From: a virus
Direction: 5' to 3' (one strand)
Virus record (IMG/VR): IMGVR_UViG_3300032116_000064
Coordinates: 1 to 64,000 of that record
Length of the DNA: 64,000 nucleotides
Part shown: piece by piece, positions 26,375-37,700 of the stretch
Numbering within the stretch: the stretch's first letter is position 1
Layout: each line of letters starts with the position of its first letter
Notes under the pieces: model-generated
Told to the model about the DNA's origin: nothing
Seen by the model: the letters and a program-made list of their open reading frames with translations, nothing else
The model's database searches: none
Translations under genes and position numbers: made by a program

Positions 26375-27778
26375 ATGAAGATATATGCACAAGAAATAGC
26401 TGACGGACTATCAGAACGTATCAAAAGTGATACGACTGTAGCTTATTGTTCGCAAGCAGTATTAACAACCGAAACAAATTCAATTAAGCGATTGATTGAT
26501 AAAGTAAAGGCTTCTAGTAATCCTAATCAAATTGATCTTTACTATATCAAATCAATTCTTGTTTCCACTGGATGGAATAAAAACGATGACGTTTTCGATC
26601 CGCAACAAACTTGGGCGGCTCGTAGTACTCCAGAGGATAAACAATTCAATTTAATGCACAATGAAAATGATATTATAGGACATATCACTGGAAGTTACGT
26701 TGTTGATCAAGATGGTAATAAAATCGGCGCAACTGAAAACGATGCCGCCCCATCTCAGTTCGATATTGTAACCGAAGCTGTAATTTATAACAGTTGGACT
26801 AATCCAGAGAACAGAGAGAGGATGAGTAAGATTATATCAGAGATAGAGCAAGGCAAGTGGTTCGTTTCGATGGAATGTTTATTCGCCGGTTTTGACTATT
26901 CTGTTAAAGATAACTCTGGACAAACCAAGGTTATAGCGCGTAGTGAAGATTCGGCATTTTTGACAAAACATCTTAGAGCATACGGTGGAACCGGAGAATA
27001 CGAAGGCTATCAAATTGGTAGATTACTAAGAGATATTTCTTTTTCTGGTAAGGGTTTAGTATCCAGACCAGCAAATCCAAGAAGTATAATTCTTGATTCT
27101 AGCAAGGCTTTCTCTGTTAATGAAGAACAAACTATTTCCAATGTTTCAGAAGGAGAAGTTAATATGTCAGAAAACAACGAAGAGAAGCAGCTAGAAACTG
27201 CCCCAGTGGCAGAAGAGGCTGTACAGGTTGTGGCTGAAGAAGTCAAAGTGGAAAACAACGCTTCAGAATTAGAGGCCGCTTTAGCAGCTAAAGATACTGA
27301 AATTCAAGCTTATGCTTCAAAGGTCGCAACATTAGAAGAGACTCTTGCTAGTTTACAAAAAGAACTAGCAGCAGTCAACGAAGAAATGAAAGATATGAAG
27401 AAGAAAGAAAAAGATCGCAGCCGCAAGGAAAAGCTAGTTATGGCTGGCTTTGAAGAAGCCGAAGCTGATGAATCAATTTCTTTATATGATGCTCTTAGTG
27501 ACGAAGCCTTCGAAGCAGTGGTTGCTGCTATGAAGAAAAAGTGGGGAGCTATGAAAGACAAGATGATGAAAGAAGAAAAGAAAGAGATGGCTTCCGAAGC
27601 AGAAGTTGTCACAGAGGAGAAAACAGAAGTAGCAGAAGAATCAACTGAAGCTATTTTTGAAGAAGTCAAAACAACAGAAGCCACTCTTGTAGCTGCTTCT
27701 GATGAAGACGAAGAAATAGAGTCCACAAGAGCTAGTGTGGCAGAGTGGCTAACAAACAACGTTTTACGTAATAAGTGA
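26375..27778 (+). CDS. prohead protease-scaffold protein
   Basis: N.ND.F...H...VSMEC...F.G.GLV..PANPRS protease-like N-half; acidic coiled-coil C-half; precedes capsid genes. Confidence 0.7.
   Translation: MKIYAQEIADGLSERIKSDTTVAYCSQAVLTTETNSIKRLIDKVKASSNPNQIDLYYIKSILVSTGWNKNDDVFDPQQTWAARSTPEDKQFNLMHNENDIIGHITGSYVVDQDGNKIGATENDAAPSQFDIVTEAVIYNSWTNPENRERMSKIISEIEQGKWFVSMECLFAGFDYSVKDNSGQTKVIARSEDSAFLTKHLRAYGGTGEYEGYQIGRLLRDISFSGKGLVSRPANPRSIILDSSKAFSVNEEQTISNVSEGEVNMSENNEEKQLETAPVAEEAVQVVAEEVKVENNASELEAALAAKDTEIQAYASKVATLEETLASLQKELAAVNEEMKDMKKKEKDRSRKEKLVMAGFEEAEADESISLYDALSDEAFEAVVAAMKKKWGAMKDKMMKEEKKEMASEAEVVTEEKTEVAEESTEAIFEEVKTTEATLVAASDEDEEIESTRASVAEWLTNNVLRNK
27164..27778 (+). CDS. nested in-frame scaffold protein (internal start)
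   Basis: AGGAG at 27151-27155, 8 nt before in-frame ATG 27164 (MSENNEEKQ) at the protease/coiled-coil boundary. Confidence 0.55.
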   Translation: MSENNEEKQLETAPVAEEAVQVVAEEVKVENNASELEAALAAKDTEIQAYASKVATLEETLASLQKELAAVNEEMKDMKKKEKDRSRKEKLVMAGFEEAEADESISLYDALSDEAFEAVVAAMKKKWGAMKDKMMKEEKKEMASEAEVVTEEKTEVAEESTEAIFEEVKTTEATLVAASDEDEEIESTRASVAEWLTNNVLRNK

Positions 27779-27793
27779 TAAAGGAGAAAAACT

Positions 27794-28261
27794 ATGGCCC
27801 TAAAAGCAGATAGATATGAGCTTCAAACTGATATCAGTTTCTTCTACAATGCCGGGGTAGCAACTCGCGGCGGTGTAGTATGTCATGATACAGCTGGTTC
27901 TGGCGCAGCTATGGACCAAGGTGTAAACCTTGTTAAGTATGCTGCTGCAACATCGGCAACTGTACCAGTTGGCGTGTTATTAAATGATGTAGTAAATAAG
28001 GATCTAACCCGTACTCACCTTAATCAATATAAGGATGAAGTTCAAAAGGGTGGTAAAGTTACAGTACTCCGCAAGGGTTATGTTGTAACAAATAACGTCA
28101 CAGGCACACCAACAGCCGGTTCACTTGCCTATGCTTGCCATGTTAATGCTGGCAATTTCAGAGGTGATAGCCCCGGTAGTTCTGGCGCACTAGTCGTTGG
28201 TCGTTTCCTTACTAGTAAGGACGCTGACGGTTATGCCAAAGTCGAAGTAAACCTCCCCTGA
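27794..28261 (+). CDS. capsid decoration/cement protein
   Basis: Position between scaffold and capsid; AAGGAG RBS; GVLLNDVV...GGKVTVL..G.V.T beta-tulip-like pattern. Confidence 0.65.
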   Translation: MALKADRYELQTDISFFYNAGVATRGGVVCHDTAGSGAAMDQGVNLVKYAAATSATVPVGVLLNDVVNKDLTRTHLNQYKDEVQKGGKVTVLRKGYVVTNNVTGTPTAGSLAYACHVNAGNFRGDSPGSSGALVVGRFLTSKDADGYAKVEVNLP

Positions 28262-28289
28262 GAATAATAAAATAAAAGGAGAATTAAAC

Positions 28290-29300
28290 ATGCCAATAAC
28301 AGAAAGACCCAGCGATGATTTTATCGCTCTCCTACGCAAGTCAGGGGATGCCGATATGAATGTAGCAATGGCCGCTCAACGTGAGTTTGCCAAAGCACTA
28401 GAACTCCCACTACGTAAGGGTGTTTTAGTTGGTAATATCCTCGGTAATATTTTCGAAACCATCAACGTGGAAGCCGGTTCAACAACTGAATTTCCTCTAG
28501 ATCTTATCTCCCCCGGCCTTGAAGGTGAGCATGTTGCTTACACCAATCCCGGTCACGGTAGAATTCCAGAGCGTTCAGTCGAAGGCGACTACGTTATGAT
28601 TCCAACCTACACAATCGCTTCATCGGTTGACTATCTACTTCGTTTTGCCCGCGAAGCCAGATGGGATATCGTTGGTCGTGCAATGCAGGTTATGGAAGCT
28701 GGTTTCACCAAGAAGATGAACGATGACGGCTGGCACACACTTCTCGCCGCTGGCGTTGATCGTAACATCCTAGTCTATGATGCTGATGCAACAGCTGGTC
28801 TATTCTCAAAGAGATTAGTATCACTTATGCAAACAGTTATGCGTAGAAACTCTGGTGGCAACTCGGCATCAGTTGGTCGTGGCCGTTTAACTGATATGTA
28901 CGTTTCACCAGAAGCGTTAGAAGATATCAGAAATTGGGGTCTAGATCAAGTTGATGATGTAACTCGTCGTGAAATCTACAACTCTGCTCCAGACGGTTCA
29001 GTTATAACAAGAGTATTTGGTGTTAATCTTCATGACCTAGATGAACTAGGCGAAGGTCAACAGTACCAAAACTTCGTTACATCTGATCTCGGTGGCTCAC
29101 TTGCTACTGGTGGCGATGTTGAACTCGTAGTTGGTCTTGACCAATCAATGAGTGATAGCTTCGTTATGCCCGTTAAGCAACAGCTACAGGTCTTCGAAGA
29201 TCCAGCACTACATCGTCAGCAACGCGCTGGCTACTACGGCTGGGCTGAACTCGGTTTTGGTGTTCTAGACAATCGTAGAGTCATCCTTGGCTCATTCTGA
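28290..29300 (+). CDS. major capsid protein
   Basis: 336 aa, strong RBS, biased codon use, followed by terminator; G.IPER...YGW.E.GF.V..R pattern compatible with HK97 fold. Confidence 0.8.
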   Translation: MPITERPSDDFIALLRKSGDADMNVAMAAQREFAKALELPLRKGVLVGNILGNIFETINVEAGSTTEFPLDLISPGLEGEHVAYTNPGHGRIPERSVEGDYVMIPTYTIASSVDYLLRFAREARWDIVGRAMQVMEAGFTKKMNDDGWHTLLAAGVDRNILVYDADATAGLFSKRLVSLMQTVMRRNSGGNSASVGRGRLTDMYVSPEALEDIRNWGLDQVDDVTRREIYNSAPDGSVITRVFGVNLHDLDELGEGQQYQNFVTSDLGGSLATGGDVELVVGLDQSMSDSFVMPVKQQLQVFEDPALHRQQRAGYYGWAELGFGVLDNRRVILGSF

Positions 29301-29326
29301 TATATTTTAATATATCTGTCGCACTT

Positions 29327-29359
29327 AAGCCACTCTCAAGAGATTGGGGGTGGCTTTTT
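29327..29359 (+). terminator. intrinsic terminator after capsid gene
   Basis: AAGCCACTCTCAA-GAGA-TTGGGGGTGGCTT stem with GNRA loop, then T-tract. Confidence 0.85.
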
Positions 29360-29411
29360 GTGTATAATACTTGTAGATAACGTTATTTTAGGATAAAAAT
29401 AGGAGAATATT

Positions 29412-30119
29412 ATGGCCGCACTATCGGATTATCTTGAGTCTGGTCTTTTAAGTCATATTTTTCGCAACGCTGCATTTCCAAGACCATCTTCAATAGCAAT
29501 TGCTTTAACTAGCGGAGTACCATTAGATTCTGACACTGGTCAGACTATCCCAGAGTTACCGTCTGGCGTTTTAAATGGTAACATATGGACTTCAACAAAC
29601 TATAAAAGAATACCGCTTGGACCTCCAGCCGCAAGTGGGGATAATACTTGGCAAAGTATTGGTATAAATGCTAATGGGTCATATAGTGTTTCTGGAAGAC
29701 GCCATGATAATACGCCGGGATATTTTTATCCACTATACTTAACAGCATCTGCTGCCAATGATGCTAGTGCTATAGCTGCAAATGTTGTTAATGGTAATAG
29801 TACTGTATTTTATTTTTCAGATTTTCCAAATATTCCTTTCTTTGCTCCAAGCGGAGGAAATTTATTTCAATCTGGTGTTCCTACCAAATCTTCTTATCCA
29901 GACTATGAAGGCAATGGGTTTATTAGAAACAAAAATCAAATTGTGTTTAACACAGCTTTAACTGAATGGGGCTGGGTTTCTGGCATAGCAATTGTTGACC
30001 ACGATACTGTTGGTTCTGGTAATTTATTAATGTATTCTAAACTAACTAATCCAAGATATGTATTTTTAGGAGATAATATTCGATTTGATATTAATTCATT
30101 AGAAATTAGCCTCAAATAA
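29412..30119 (+). CDS. virion structural protein
   Basis: MAALSDYLE..LL..IFR / F..A...WG.V...AI.D....GNLL motif common in phage tail/fibre proteins. Confidence 0.65.
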   Translation: MAALSDYLESGLLSHIFRNAAFPRPSSIAIALTSGVPLDSDTGQTIPELPSGVLNGNIWTSTNYKRIPLGPPAASGDNTWQSIGINANGSYSVSGRRHDNTPGYFYPLYLTASAANDASAIAANVVNGNSTVFYFSDFPNIPFFAPSGGNLFQSGVPTKSSYPDYEGNGFIRNKNQIVFNTALTEWGWVSGIAIVDHDTVGSGNLLMYSKLTNPRYVFLGDNIRFDINSLEISLK

Positions 30120-30131
30120 TTGGAATAAAAA

Positions 30132-33100
30132 ATGCAACTAAGCAAGTCCCAGCTTGTTAATAATATCAATGCTGAGATATCCGATCAATCCTATGGTCAA
30201 ATTAGTCCATACGATATTAGGCACAACTTGCTTGATATCATTGATTCTATATCTAATTTAACGCTTGATAAAAATTTAGAATCATTGAATTTTGCTACAT
30301 TTTCAGATGGAAATACTAGAGTTGGTATTTCTGCATTAGATAATGTTAAAATTGATAACTCAATTAGCAATCATAATACAGCTATTGGGTTTAACTCTCT
30401 AAGATCAAATTATCAGTCAGTCCAGAATACAGCTATAGGGTCGCATTCGCTATCTTGTAACGTTTATGGTGAGGGTAACGTAGCTGTAGGTTATAATGCT
30501 TTGGCTGGCAATACCGTAGGTCATTTGAATATAGGGATTGGCAATTATACTTTAAATAATAACAAGTCTGGCAATGGAAATATAGCTATTGGTCATGGTG
30601 CTGGATATTATGCAACCAAGAACACCAGCAATCATTTATTTATTGGCTATCATCCGGTTGACGATCAACATATATGTGACAATCCTAATGGAAGTGGATG
30701 GATGCCATTAATATATGGTGATTTGTCTAATATTAAATTAGGCATTGGCACTAAGTCGCTAAATAACTATGGTGTTCTTCATGTTGGCGGTAACATATTA
30801 CCATCCGGTTCCAATGTAAGTAGTTTAGGATATGATTCATACTTTTGGTCTAAGTTATATCTTTCTAGATCAATTGAATTTAGCAATTTATCTTCTATTT
30901 TTTCTAGTGGATCTTCCTTACTATGTACCAGCAATCACATTTATCCTAGTCAGACTAATAAGTATTCATTAGGATCTAATTCTTATGTTTGGGAATCTGG
31001 ATTCTTTAAAGATTTGACAGTAACTGGTAGAGCCATAATAAATCAATTATTCTATAGCAATGTATATACTTACAGTAATAAAACTTTCTATCTTGGAGTA
31101 AACTCTAACAATCAACCACTATATTCAGATTTACAACTATCTGATGGTGGCGTGGTATTAAAATCTTCTACAAATAATAAAGAATACAAAATATCATTTC
31201 GTCCTCCAGCCGAAGGTATGCCGGGATTCGTTGATGATTATAATGCTGTATGGTTTAGTAATATTAACTTACAAGTTCCTAGCAATAGATATGTCAAAAC
31301 CAATAGTTTAATTTCTTATGACCCTGACGCCTTTGATGATAATGACTCTTTTGGTTTATTCTTTAATAGCGGTATAACTTATATATCTCGTAAAAATGTT
31401 CTAGGTTCCAATCTAGGTCTTCCAAATGGTCATGTTGCCGGTATAAGTAACATTAATTTAATTTCTAATTCTGGTAGCATTCAAGACTATTCTATATCTT
31501 TAATGTCTTTGGAATCCGGTGTTTCAGTAAGTCAAAAATTCTTGACAGGCACAAAGCAACGTATAAAAGACTCAGCTAACCAAAATAAAGATAAACTTAA
31601 AGGTTTTGAACTTAAGTATGTCGATGAATCATTCTCTAATATAGTTGGTCCATTATTAGATAGATTTGTTATTGCTTCATATAATAATACTTCTAAGCCA
31701 ATAAATGCTCTTACTCTAATGAAGCAAAATGCCGATGGCGGTGTAGTCGGTATAACAAACATGTCATCCATAGCAGACAATGTTACTCCAAAAACTATAT
31801 TTAATATTCGTTCCATTAATGATTGTGTAGCTAGATTTACAGCTGAAAGTAATGGATACCACAAAGCAGCTATCCAATTATTAGGATCATCCAATTGCGA
31901 AAGTAGTGGGATAGAGTTAACTTATTTAAACAATAGTGGTATAGCCGATATAAACTTATTCAAAAACTATGGTACAACATGTTTTGTAAGATTTAAAGAT
32001 GACCAACAAATAGGTATTTTATCTAGTGGTATTACAAATGCTACTATTACCATTGGTCATAGTGGCGCACCAAAGCTACCAACTATTAGTTTAAAAGACG
32101 ATACTTTTGTCGCTAATACGACAGTAGTTGCTAATAGTGGATATGGTAAACTATACAATCTTAGAGATGTTCGTCAGTATGCCAACCAGTATAATTCTTT
32201 AATTTATCTTGATTCGTCTGGCAACAAGTTTGATGTTGTTGTTAACAAATTAGATAATATTGATGGAAGGGCTGTTTACACAGATACCAGTGGCAATACA
32301 TTTGCTGGATATGCTTCTCCATCAAATAGAAAAATTACTAGTTCAATTAAAGAAAATACTACCCATGGCTACCAAGCATTATATGATATTAGATCTGGAT
32401 CTGGTAATCTAGCCATAGGGCATAATGCTTTATATAATTTGTTTTCTGGTAATGATAATATAGCTATCGGTAGGTTCGCTGGTTCTGGCTTGCTATCTTC
32501 TGTAGATAACATTATAATTGGTAACCAAGCGTTCAATAAAACAAGTCCACTAAATCACACCAGCGGCAACATAATAATTGGTCATAATATTGGTGCTAGT
32601 CAAAGTGGATCTTATCAGTTTATACTTGGAAATAGGTCCAATATCATCTTATTACAAGGTAAGCTTGGACCAAATAATACTGACAAATTTTTGAGCTTAC
32701 CAAGCAGTGGCAGATTATATGTTCACAATCACGATAATACTGAAGGGTTATGTTTAAAATCTAATCTTATAGAAATTATTGATAGCGGTGGAAGCAACTA
32801 CCCAGAAAATGATTTAAGATTTAGATTCATTGGCAATAATTCAGCCGATCTTTTAGTTCTAAATCATAATTCTAATCCAAATAATTATAATTCATTATGG
32901 GGTAGTCCAGCTCTTAATGTTGGTAGTCCTGCTGTATCATATGTAGATGAATATTGGTTCCCGTCTAGTGGAGTTGCTTCTGACTCAAATGTGACGGTAT
33001 CCAAACCGTATGCTCAACTCAATGGAAATCTAAGACTAAAAGGTAATATACAATTTTCAGATGGAACATATCTTGGTAGTACAAAGCCTATTCACACCAA

Positions 33101-33428
33101 CACAAGACTTGCTAATAGCGGCATAGCACTAGGCAACAGCGGGATAGCAATTGCGCACAGTGGAATAAATCTCACTAATTCCATGTTTATTGAAGGATAT
33201 ATGCCTACTGGTATGAATGCTGCTCCTAATTCTTCTGCTAAGACAAGCGGTATATTGATTACTAAAGATGTGAATTGGTCAAATTCTGGAGTAGTGTTTT
33301 TAACAAATAGAGATACAACATCTGTTGTTCATGCTGGCGCATACGTTATTGCAGCTAAAATAAATAATGAATATAGACCAATATGGGTAAGTTCTAGCGA
33401 TACAACTTGCGTATGTTGCAATAGTTGA
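30132..33428 (+). CDS. fibre-like structural protein with N(T/V/I)A(I/V)G beta-roll repeats
   Basis: Two blocks of NTAIG..SL/NVAVGYNAL/NIAIG repeats (YadA-head-like); N-terminus shared with 39013-39978. Confidence 0.65.
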   Translation: MQLSKSQLVNNINAEISDQSYGQISPYDIRHNLLDIIDSISNLTLDKNLESLNFATFSDGNTRVGISALDNVKIDNSISNHNTAIGFNSLRSNYQSVQNTAIGSHSLSCNVYGEGNVAVGYNALAGNTVGHLNIGIGNYTLNNNKSGNGNIAIGHGAGYYATKNTSNHLFIGYHPVDDQHICDNPNGSGWMPLIYGDLSNIKLGIGTKSLNNYGVLHVGGNILPSGSNVSSLGYDSYFWSKLYLSRSIEFSNLSSIFSSGSSLLCTSNHIYPSQTNKYSLGSNSYVWESGFFKDLTVTGRAIINQLFYSNVYTYSNKTFYLGVNSNNQPLYSDLQLSDGGVVLKSSTNNKEYKISFRPPAEGMPGFVDDYNAVWFSNINLQVPSNRYVKTNSLISYDPDAFDDNDSFGLFFNSGITYISRKNVLGSNLGLPNGHVAGISNINLISNSGSIQDYSISLMSLESGVSVSQKFLTGTKQRIKDSANQNKDKLKGFELKYVDESFSNIVGPLLDRFVIASYNNTSKPINALTLMKQNADGGVVGITNMSSIADNVTPKTIFNIRSINDCVARFTAESNGYHKAAIQLLGSSNCESSGIELTYLNNSGIADINLFKNYGTTCFVRFKDDQQIGILSSGITNATITIGHSGAPKLPTISLKDDTFVANTTVVANSGYGKLYNLRDVRQYANQYNSLIYLDSSGNKFDVVVNKLDNIDGRAVYTDTSGNTFAGYASPSNRKITSSIKENTTHGYQALYDIRSGSGNLAIGHNALYNLFSGNDNIAIGRFAGSGLLSSVDNIIIGNQAFNKTSPLNHTSGNIIIGHNIGASQSGSYQFILGNRSNIILLQGKLGPNNTDKFLSLPSSGRLYVHNHDNTEGLCLKSNLIEIIDSGGSNYPENDLRFRFIGNNSADLLVLNHNSNPNNYNSLWGSPALNVGSPAVSYVDEYWFPSSGVASDSNVTVSKPYAQLNGNLRLKGNIQFSDGTYLGSTKPIHTNTRLANSGIALGNSGIAIAHSGINLTNSMFIEGYMPTGMNAAPNSSAKTSGILITKDVNWSNSGVVFLTNRDTTSVVHAGAYVIAAKINNEYRPIWVSSSDTTCVCCNS

Positions 33429-33437
33429 GGACTAATA

Positions 33438-34733
33438 ATGGGAAGACCATCGGACCCATGTTTTAAACCGCCAAGGCCATATGTAACATATGCGGAACCT
33501 ACAGCGGTTACAACTCTAGCCCCATATGATATTGATTTTTTTATTGTACCATCTAGCGAGATAGGATGTTCTAAAGATATTGATGCTTCATATTTATTTA
33601 ATATTTTTGCTGATTTGTCTCTTGATAGTTCTTATATTAAAGTAGCAGATATCATTATTCCAGAATCTTGTAAAGGATATAAGTTTGAATTAGCTGGCTC
33701 TGATAGATTCATAATAAGTGGCACAAGTCTTTATTTTAATACATATCTTATTAAATATAGTCAACTTTTTATAGCTAAACTATATATTATCGATGTTAAT
33801 GGACTGCTTGGACGCAAAATTAAAAATTTCTATTTGTCATATGAATGTGCTTACAATTTTTGCCCAACTACTACAACAACGTCTACTAGCACTTCTACCA
33901 GCACTAGCACTTCTACCAGCACTAGCACTTCTACCAGCACTAGCACTTCTACCAGCACTAGCACTTCTACCAGCACTAGCACTTCTACCACAACGACTAG
34001 TAGTCCAACTACTACAGAAAGTCCAACTACTACAGAAAGTCCAACTACTACAGAAAGTCCAACTACTAGCACAAGTACAACCTCACAAGGAGATTGTTGT
34101 AATTGGGACGGAAATACAACTTTAGATTTTGGATCGCTTTGCGGCAAACGTAAACATTCATTTTCATGTACCAAGACAGGAGATAATACTTGGACTTGCA
34201 ATGGAACACTATCGTGTGGCGATGTGATATCAGCTGTTATTTCTTGTAATCCTTCAGCAGATATATCTCCATGTTCATCCAAATGGTCTGCTAGCGTAAA
34301 TGTACCGTGCGTATTGGGGTTTGTTCTTAACCCACCAGATGAATCGTGCGGATGTGACGATCCTCCATATTGGATGTTTAGTGGTGACCCGTCAGGTTGT
34401 AATTGTTGTGAACACTGTGGACCATGCGAAGTATACAATGAAGAAACAGAGACTTGTGAAAGTGTTTGTGTTGATGGAGAAATATGTTGTAGCAATCAAT
34501 GTGTTATACCGGGTACTATATCTGCACCAACATTTTTAGAATATGGAACTGGATTGGTTTGTTCTGGAGGCGCAGGAGTAGATTGCAGAATGCAGTGTCC
34601 CAATGAAGGTTGCGATGTAATATACTCACAATGTTATAATATTAATGGAGAACTACAGTGTTTTTGTTGTGACGGTTTTTGTGGTAGCGGTGGAGATCCT
34701 TGTGACTGTATATCTCAAGTAGGTGGTATATGA
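33438..34733 (+). CDS. Thr/Ser-repeat, Cys-rich virion protein
   Basis: (TS)n and SPTTTE repeats followed by a very Cys-rich C-terminus. Confidence 0.7.
   Translation: MGRPSDPCFKPPRPYVTYAEPTAVTTLAPYDIDFFIVPSSEIGCSKDIDASYLFNIFADLSLDSSYIKVADIIIPESCKGYKFELAGSDRFIISGTSLYFNTYLIKYSQLFIAKLYIIDVNGLLGRKIKNFYLSYECAYNFCPTTTTTSTSTSTSTSTSTSTSTSTSTSTSTSTSTSTSTSTSTTTTSSPTTTESPTTTESPTTTESPTTSTSTTSQGDCCNWDGNTTLDFGSLCGKRKHSFSCTKTGDNTWTCNGTLSCGDVISAVISCNPSADISPCSSKWSASVNVPCVLGFVLNPPDESCGCDDPPYWMFSGDPSGCNCCEHCGPCEVYNEETETCESVCVDGEICCSNQCVIPGTISAPTFLEYGTGLVCSGGAGVDCRMQCPNEGCDVIYSQCYNINGELQCFCCDGFCGSGGDPCDCISQVGGI
33885..34067 (+). repeat. coding tandem repeats: 18-bp ACTAGCACTTCTACCAGC x5.9 and 18-bp AGTCCAACTACTACAGAA x3.7
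   Basis: Perfect copies at 33885-33990 and 34002-34067. Confidence 0.95.
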
Positions 34734-37700
34734 CTTGTTTATGTGGATCAATAAATTTACCTAAAGGAACCAAGTATTCAGAATATGGACTTGGATTGAA
34801 GATACTACATACTCAAGGTGAAATAGTTCTAAAGCTGGTACATGACCAAGATATCAATCTAAATTACGGACATACGTTTCTTACCACTACAGAAAAGTAT
34901 CTTTTAAATGAAAACCTAAATATAACTGGTTTTGATTTACTTTGTGAAGGTAAAACAAAGTTATATAACTCTATTATAATCTCAATTTATGATTATTCTA
35001 CTGATAAATTATTATGTCATAGAACATTCAATAGTAACGGAACTGAAGACATTACAAATTTCTATTTACCTTTAGAGTGTGACTCTACAGTATTAAATGT
35101 AGAAAATAAAAAATTTAAAATTCAAATAGATAGCATATGTCAAAACACAAACATAAAATGTTGCGATAAATTGCCAGACTTGTCATTATCTCCAAGCATA
35201 ATGACTGTCCATGGTCCATGTTGTGAAATTGTTGACCCTCCCCCCACAACCTCCACAACAATAAATCCATCTCTTTTGGGTCCACCAAAAAATATTATCT
35301 ATACACTCAGTGGAAATTCAGTTAACATATCTTGGATACCACCAACTATAAGTCATAATCAGACTATTACTAATTATGTATTAGAGTACCAAACACAAAA
35401 TGGCGGAAATTGGACTAGCATAATAATTCCGCCAAGTCAATTAAGTTATGTTTTGTCATCTATTAGTGGAATATATAGCTTTAAGATGGCTACTCAAACT
35501 GCCGGTGGCGTGGGACCATTCTCAGACATATTTTATCCTTACCTTGTTGGTCCACCAACTAATATAGTAGCTAATCCAAATAATGGTTCAATAAATATAT
35601 TATGGACACGACCAGTAACAATTAGTGGACAAACTATAACAAATTATATTTTAGAATACCAAAATGAAAATAGTAATGATTGGACGAGAATAATCATACC
35701 AGCAAATTCATTAAGTTATGTATTATCATCTACTAACTTTACTGGTTATATCATTAGAATGGCTACTCAAACGTCTAGTGGGATTGGGCCATTTTCCGAT
35801 ATTATTGGACCTATTATATATAATACATCTGGACCAGTAAGAGATGTTGATTTAACTTATACAACACCAACCTCAGTAGTAATTACATGGCAACCCGGAT
35901 TAAATACCCCCGGTTTTGGAACTACATCTTATAAATTAGAAATTTCTAACGACGGTGGTAAAACATGGACCACGCTAGAACAAACTAACTCTACTAATTA
36001 TTCTCTTAGCGGCTTATCAAGCGGTATATATCTTATTAAGATAACACAGACATTTAATGGTATATCTGGCATACCAGTTATTATTTACATAATTATTCCC
36101 AACATATCGATAACTACTACTAGTACTTCTACCACCATTGAGCCATCAACCTCAACTAGCACTTCAACCTCAACTAGTACTTCTACCACCATTGAGCCAT
36201 CAACCTCGACTAGTACCTCTACCTCAACTAGTACTACTGTATTACCAACAGATCCACCGCCGTCAACTACTACATCTACTACGCAACAACCAACTACAAC
36301 AAGTAGTAGTTCATCTACTAGTACCAGCACCACGACTAGTCAACCAAGCACCAGCACTACAACTAGCACATCTTCTAGTACATCTTCTAGTACATCTTCT
36401 AGTACATCTTCTAGTACATCAACTACTACTAGCACTACTTTATCGCCACCTACTACGATTTCTCCTAGCACTACAACCAGCAGCACAAGCACATCGACTA
36501 GTAGTACTAGTAGTACTAGTAGTACTAGTAGCACTAGTAGTAGTACATCGACATCAACTACAGACAATCCACCGCCAGCTTACTTTATTTGCGTTATGAA
36601 TAAAGTTATTGTTCCAACTAGCACAACATATTTTCCACCTAACACATCTTACACTACTTCTACTTCTACTACTACTATAGATCCTAATAAATATTATTGT
36701 GTTACAGATAAGATAATTACAACCACTAGTCCGCCGTTTACAACTACTCAGCATCCAGATCCAATATTCTGTATTCCTTTATATGAATATAATCCAGCTA
36801 TTCACATAGCGGTTACTAGTCCTAGTTTAAGTTGTAGCGAATGTCCTCCCATATCGACTACAGCTATGCCTAGTACTACTATGACAACTAATACCACTGG
36901 TACTACTGGAACCACTGGTACCACCACGACATCAGAACCTCCAGAAGTGAAATGTATCACTGTAGGATCTTATGATCCTTTTATTCATAATTTAGTTAGT
37001 GGACCACACGATAATTGTATGTCTTGTGGAACTACCACAACTTCTACTTCTACTTCTACTTCTAGTACTAGTACTACTGCCACTTCCACAACTAATACTA
37101 CTTCACATCCATCAACTACAACTGGAACCACATCGTCACCAACTACTACCGGTACAGTTAATCCAACCGGAACGGATGATCCAAATTCAAGCACAACGAA
37201 TGATCCCGGTAATTCTACCACTTCTTCTCCTACTAATACTCCTAATCCTACCGATGATCCAAACATTGGAGATTGCGGCGGTATACCCGGATTATGTCCT
37301 ATGGGTTCGGTGTGCTGCCCATGCGATTGGAGTCTAGTGGGCGGTTTGTGTTGTCCACCTAATGGTCCTAGTTGTGTTCCACCAACAGATCCAGATAATC
37401 CATCAGCAGCATGTGATCCACCATGCGTTGCATTAGATTGTGACATATGCGTAGATGGTGTATGCAGAGATAAGTGCAATGCTAGCAAATGCTATGTATG
37501 CGATAATGCCGGAACTTGTGTAGAAAATTGCGAGTCTCTTTCCGATATGTCAATTTGCATACAAGGAACATGTTTTAACTGTGGTGCTTGCCAATGGATG
37601 GCAGTTGATGGAAACTGGGTCAAAGTTCATCCAGTATATTTTACACCAATACAAAATGGATGCTTTACAAGCACTTTGGAAAATTCATATATTAATATGC

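Noticed and set aside
33885-34067. Possible CRISPR array
   Set aside because: The repeats are contiguous 18-mers without spacers and lie in frame within a CDS
33793-37488. Alternative-frame and antisense ORFs with LALLPA, VLVEVL or LLVH repeats
   Set aside because: They arise from stop-free Thr/Ser tandem repeats of the real genes
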